Part shown: one piece after another, positions 63,613 to 64,000 of the stretch
Numbering within the stretch: position 1 is the first letter of the stretch
Layout: each line of letters opens with the position of its first letter
DNA from: Octopus bimaculoides
Lineage: Eukaryota
Length of the DNA stretch: 64,000 bases
Assembly (NCBI RefSeq): GCF_001194135.2
Contig: NC_069003.1
Coordinates: forward strand, 18,040,848-18,104,847
Reading direction: 5' to 3'
Notes under the pieces: generated by a model
What the model saw: the letters and a program-made list of their open reading frames with translations, nothing else
Database searches by the model: none
Told to the model about the DNA's origin: nothing
Program-made: the position numbers and the translations under genes

Positions 63613-64000
63613 AGCCTAGTCACCAGTATTACAAACCAAGTGATACACGAAGGAGTCATACCCAATGACTGGTGTAGCAGCACCATAGTAAACTGCTACA
63701 AAGGTAAAGGTGACGCTTTAGACACTAATAATTACAGAGGCATCAAGCTGTTAGATCAGGTTATGAAAGTTACGGAGAGGGTCATAGCCCAACTAATTAG
63801 GGAGCAAATCAATTTAGATGAGATGCAGTTTGGGTTCGTGCCAGGTAAAAGCACCACTGATGCCATATTTCTAGTGAGACAGCTGCAGGAGAAATATCTA
63901 GCCAAGGATAAACCTCTGTACCTGGCCTTCGTTGACATGGAGAAAGCCTTTGACAGGGTCCCCCGATCCCTTATCTGGTGGTCAATGAGGAAACTTGGGA
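63613..64000 (+). mobile_element. RTE-clade LINE reverse transcriptase, open frame running off the window
   Basis: IPNDWCSSTIVNCYKGKGDALDTNNYRGIKLL...QFGFVPGKSTTDAIFLVRQLQEKY...LYLAFVDMEKAFDRVPR has no stops over about 129 codons. Confidence 0.95.

Noticed and set aside
45-63938. Most ORFs in the supplied track (YI/CV/HT/LS-rich peptides and X-filled ORFs)
   Set aside because: They are translations of (TA)n, (CA)n, (GA)n and (CAT)n microsatellites, SINE/LINE bodies or N gaps, with no protein signal.
1-64000. CRISPR arrays, rRNA or bona fide tRNA genes
   Set aside because: None were seen. The tRNA-like A and B boxes belong to SINE heads, and the regular repeats are microsatellites, minisatellites or SINE tandems.

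Overview
AT-rich, repeat-dense animal genomic DNA, most likely Octopus: the SINE, RTE-LINE and microsatellite content is typical of octopus assemblies, and there are six N gaps. The one host protein-coding gene I can support is a nuclear lamin on the minus strand. Ten coding exons were reconstructed by hand from 41929 down to 3616 (1749 nt, 583 codons), all with GT-AG introns, and intron 1 is 21.35 kb. They encode the head with a CDK1 site, the IF rod, a KKRK NLS and the Ig-fold tail domain. The terminal CaaX exon cannot be placed with confidence. The rest is mostly mobile DNA: RTE, Tx1/L1 and Penelope retroelements, a Gypsy pol fragment, hAT, Tc1/mariner, piggyBac-like MITEs, Helitron ends and two SINE families. 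Points worth follow-up are the unresolved lamin C-terminus, a perfect 103-bp inverted repeat in lamin intron 1, a compact antisense TATA/CCAAT/octamer promoter with a short ATG exon in the same intron, a hammerhead-like motif, a mariner/Tc1 chimera and a probable divergent first exon near 48.2 kb. I found no evidence for a wholly new multi-gene system.
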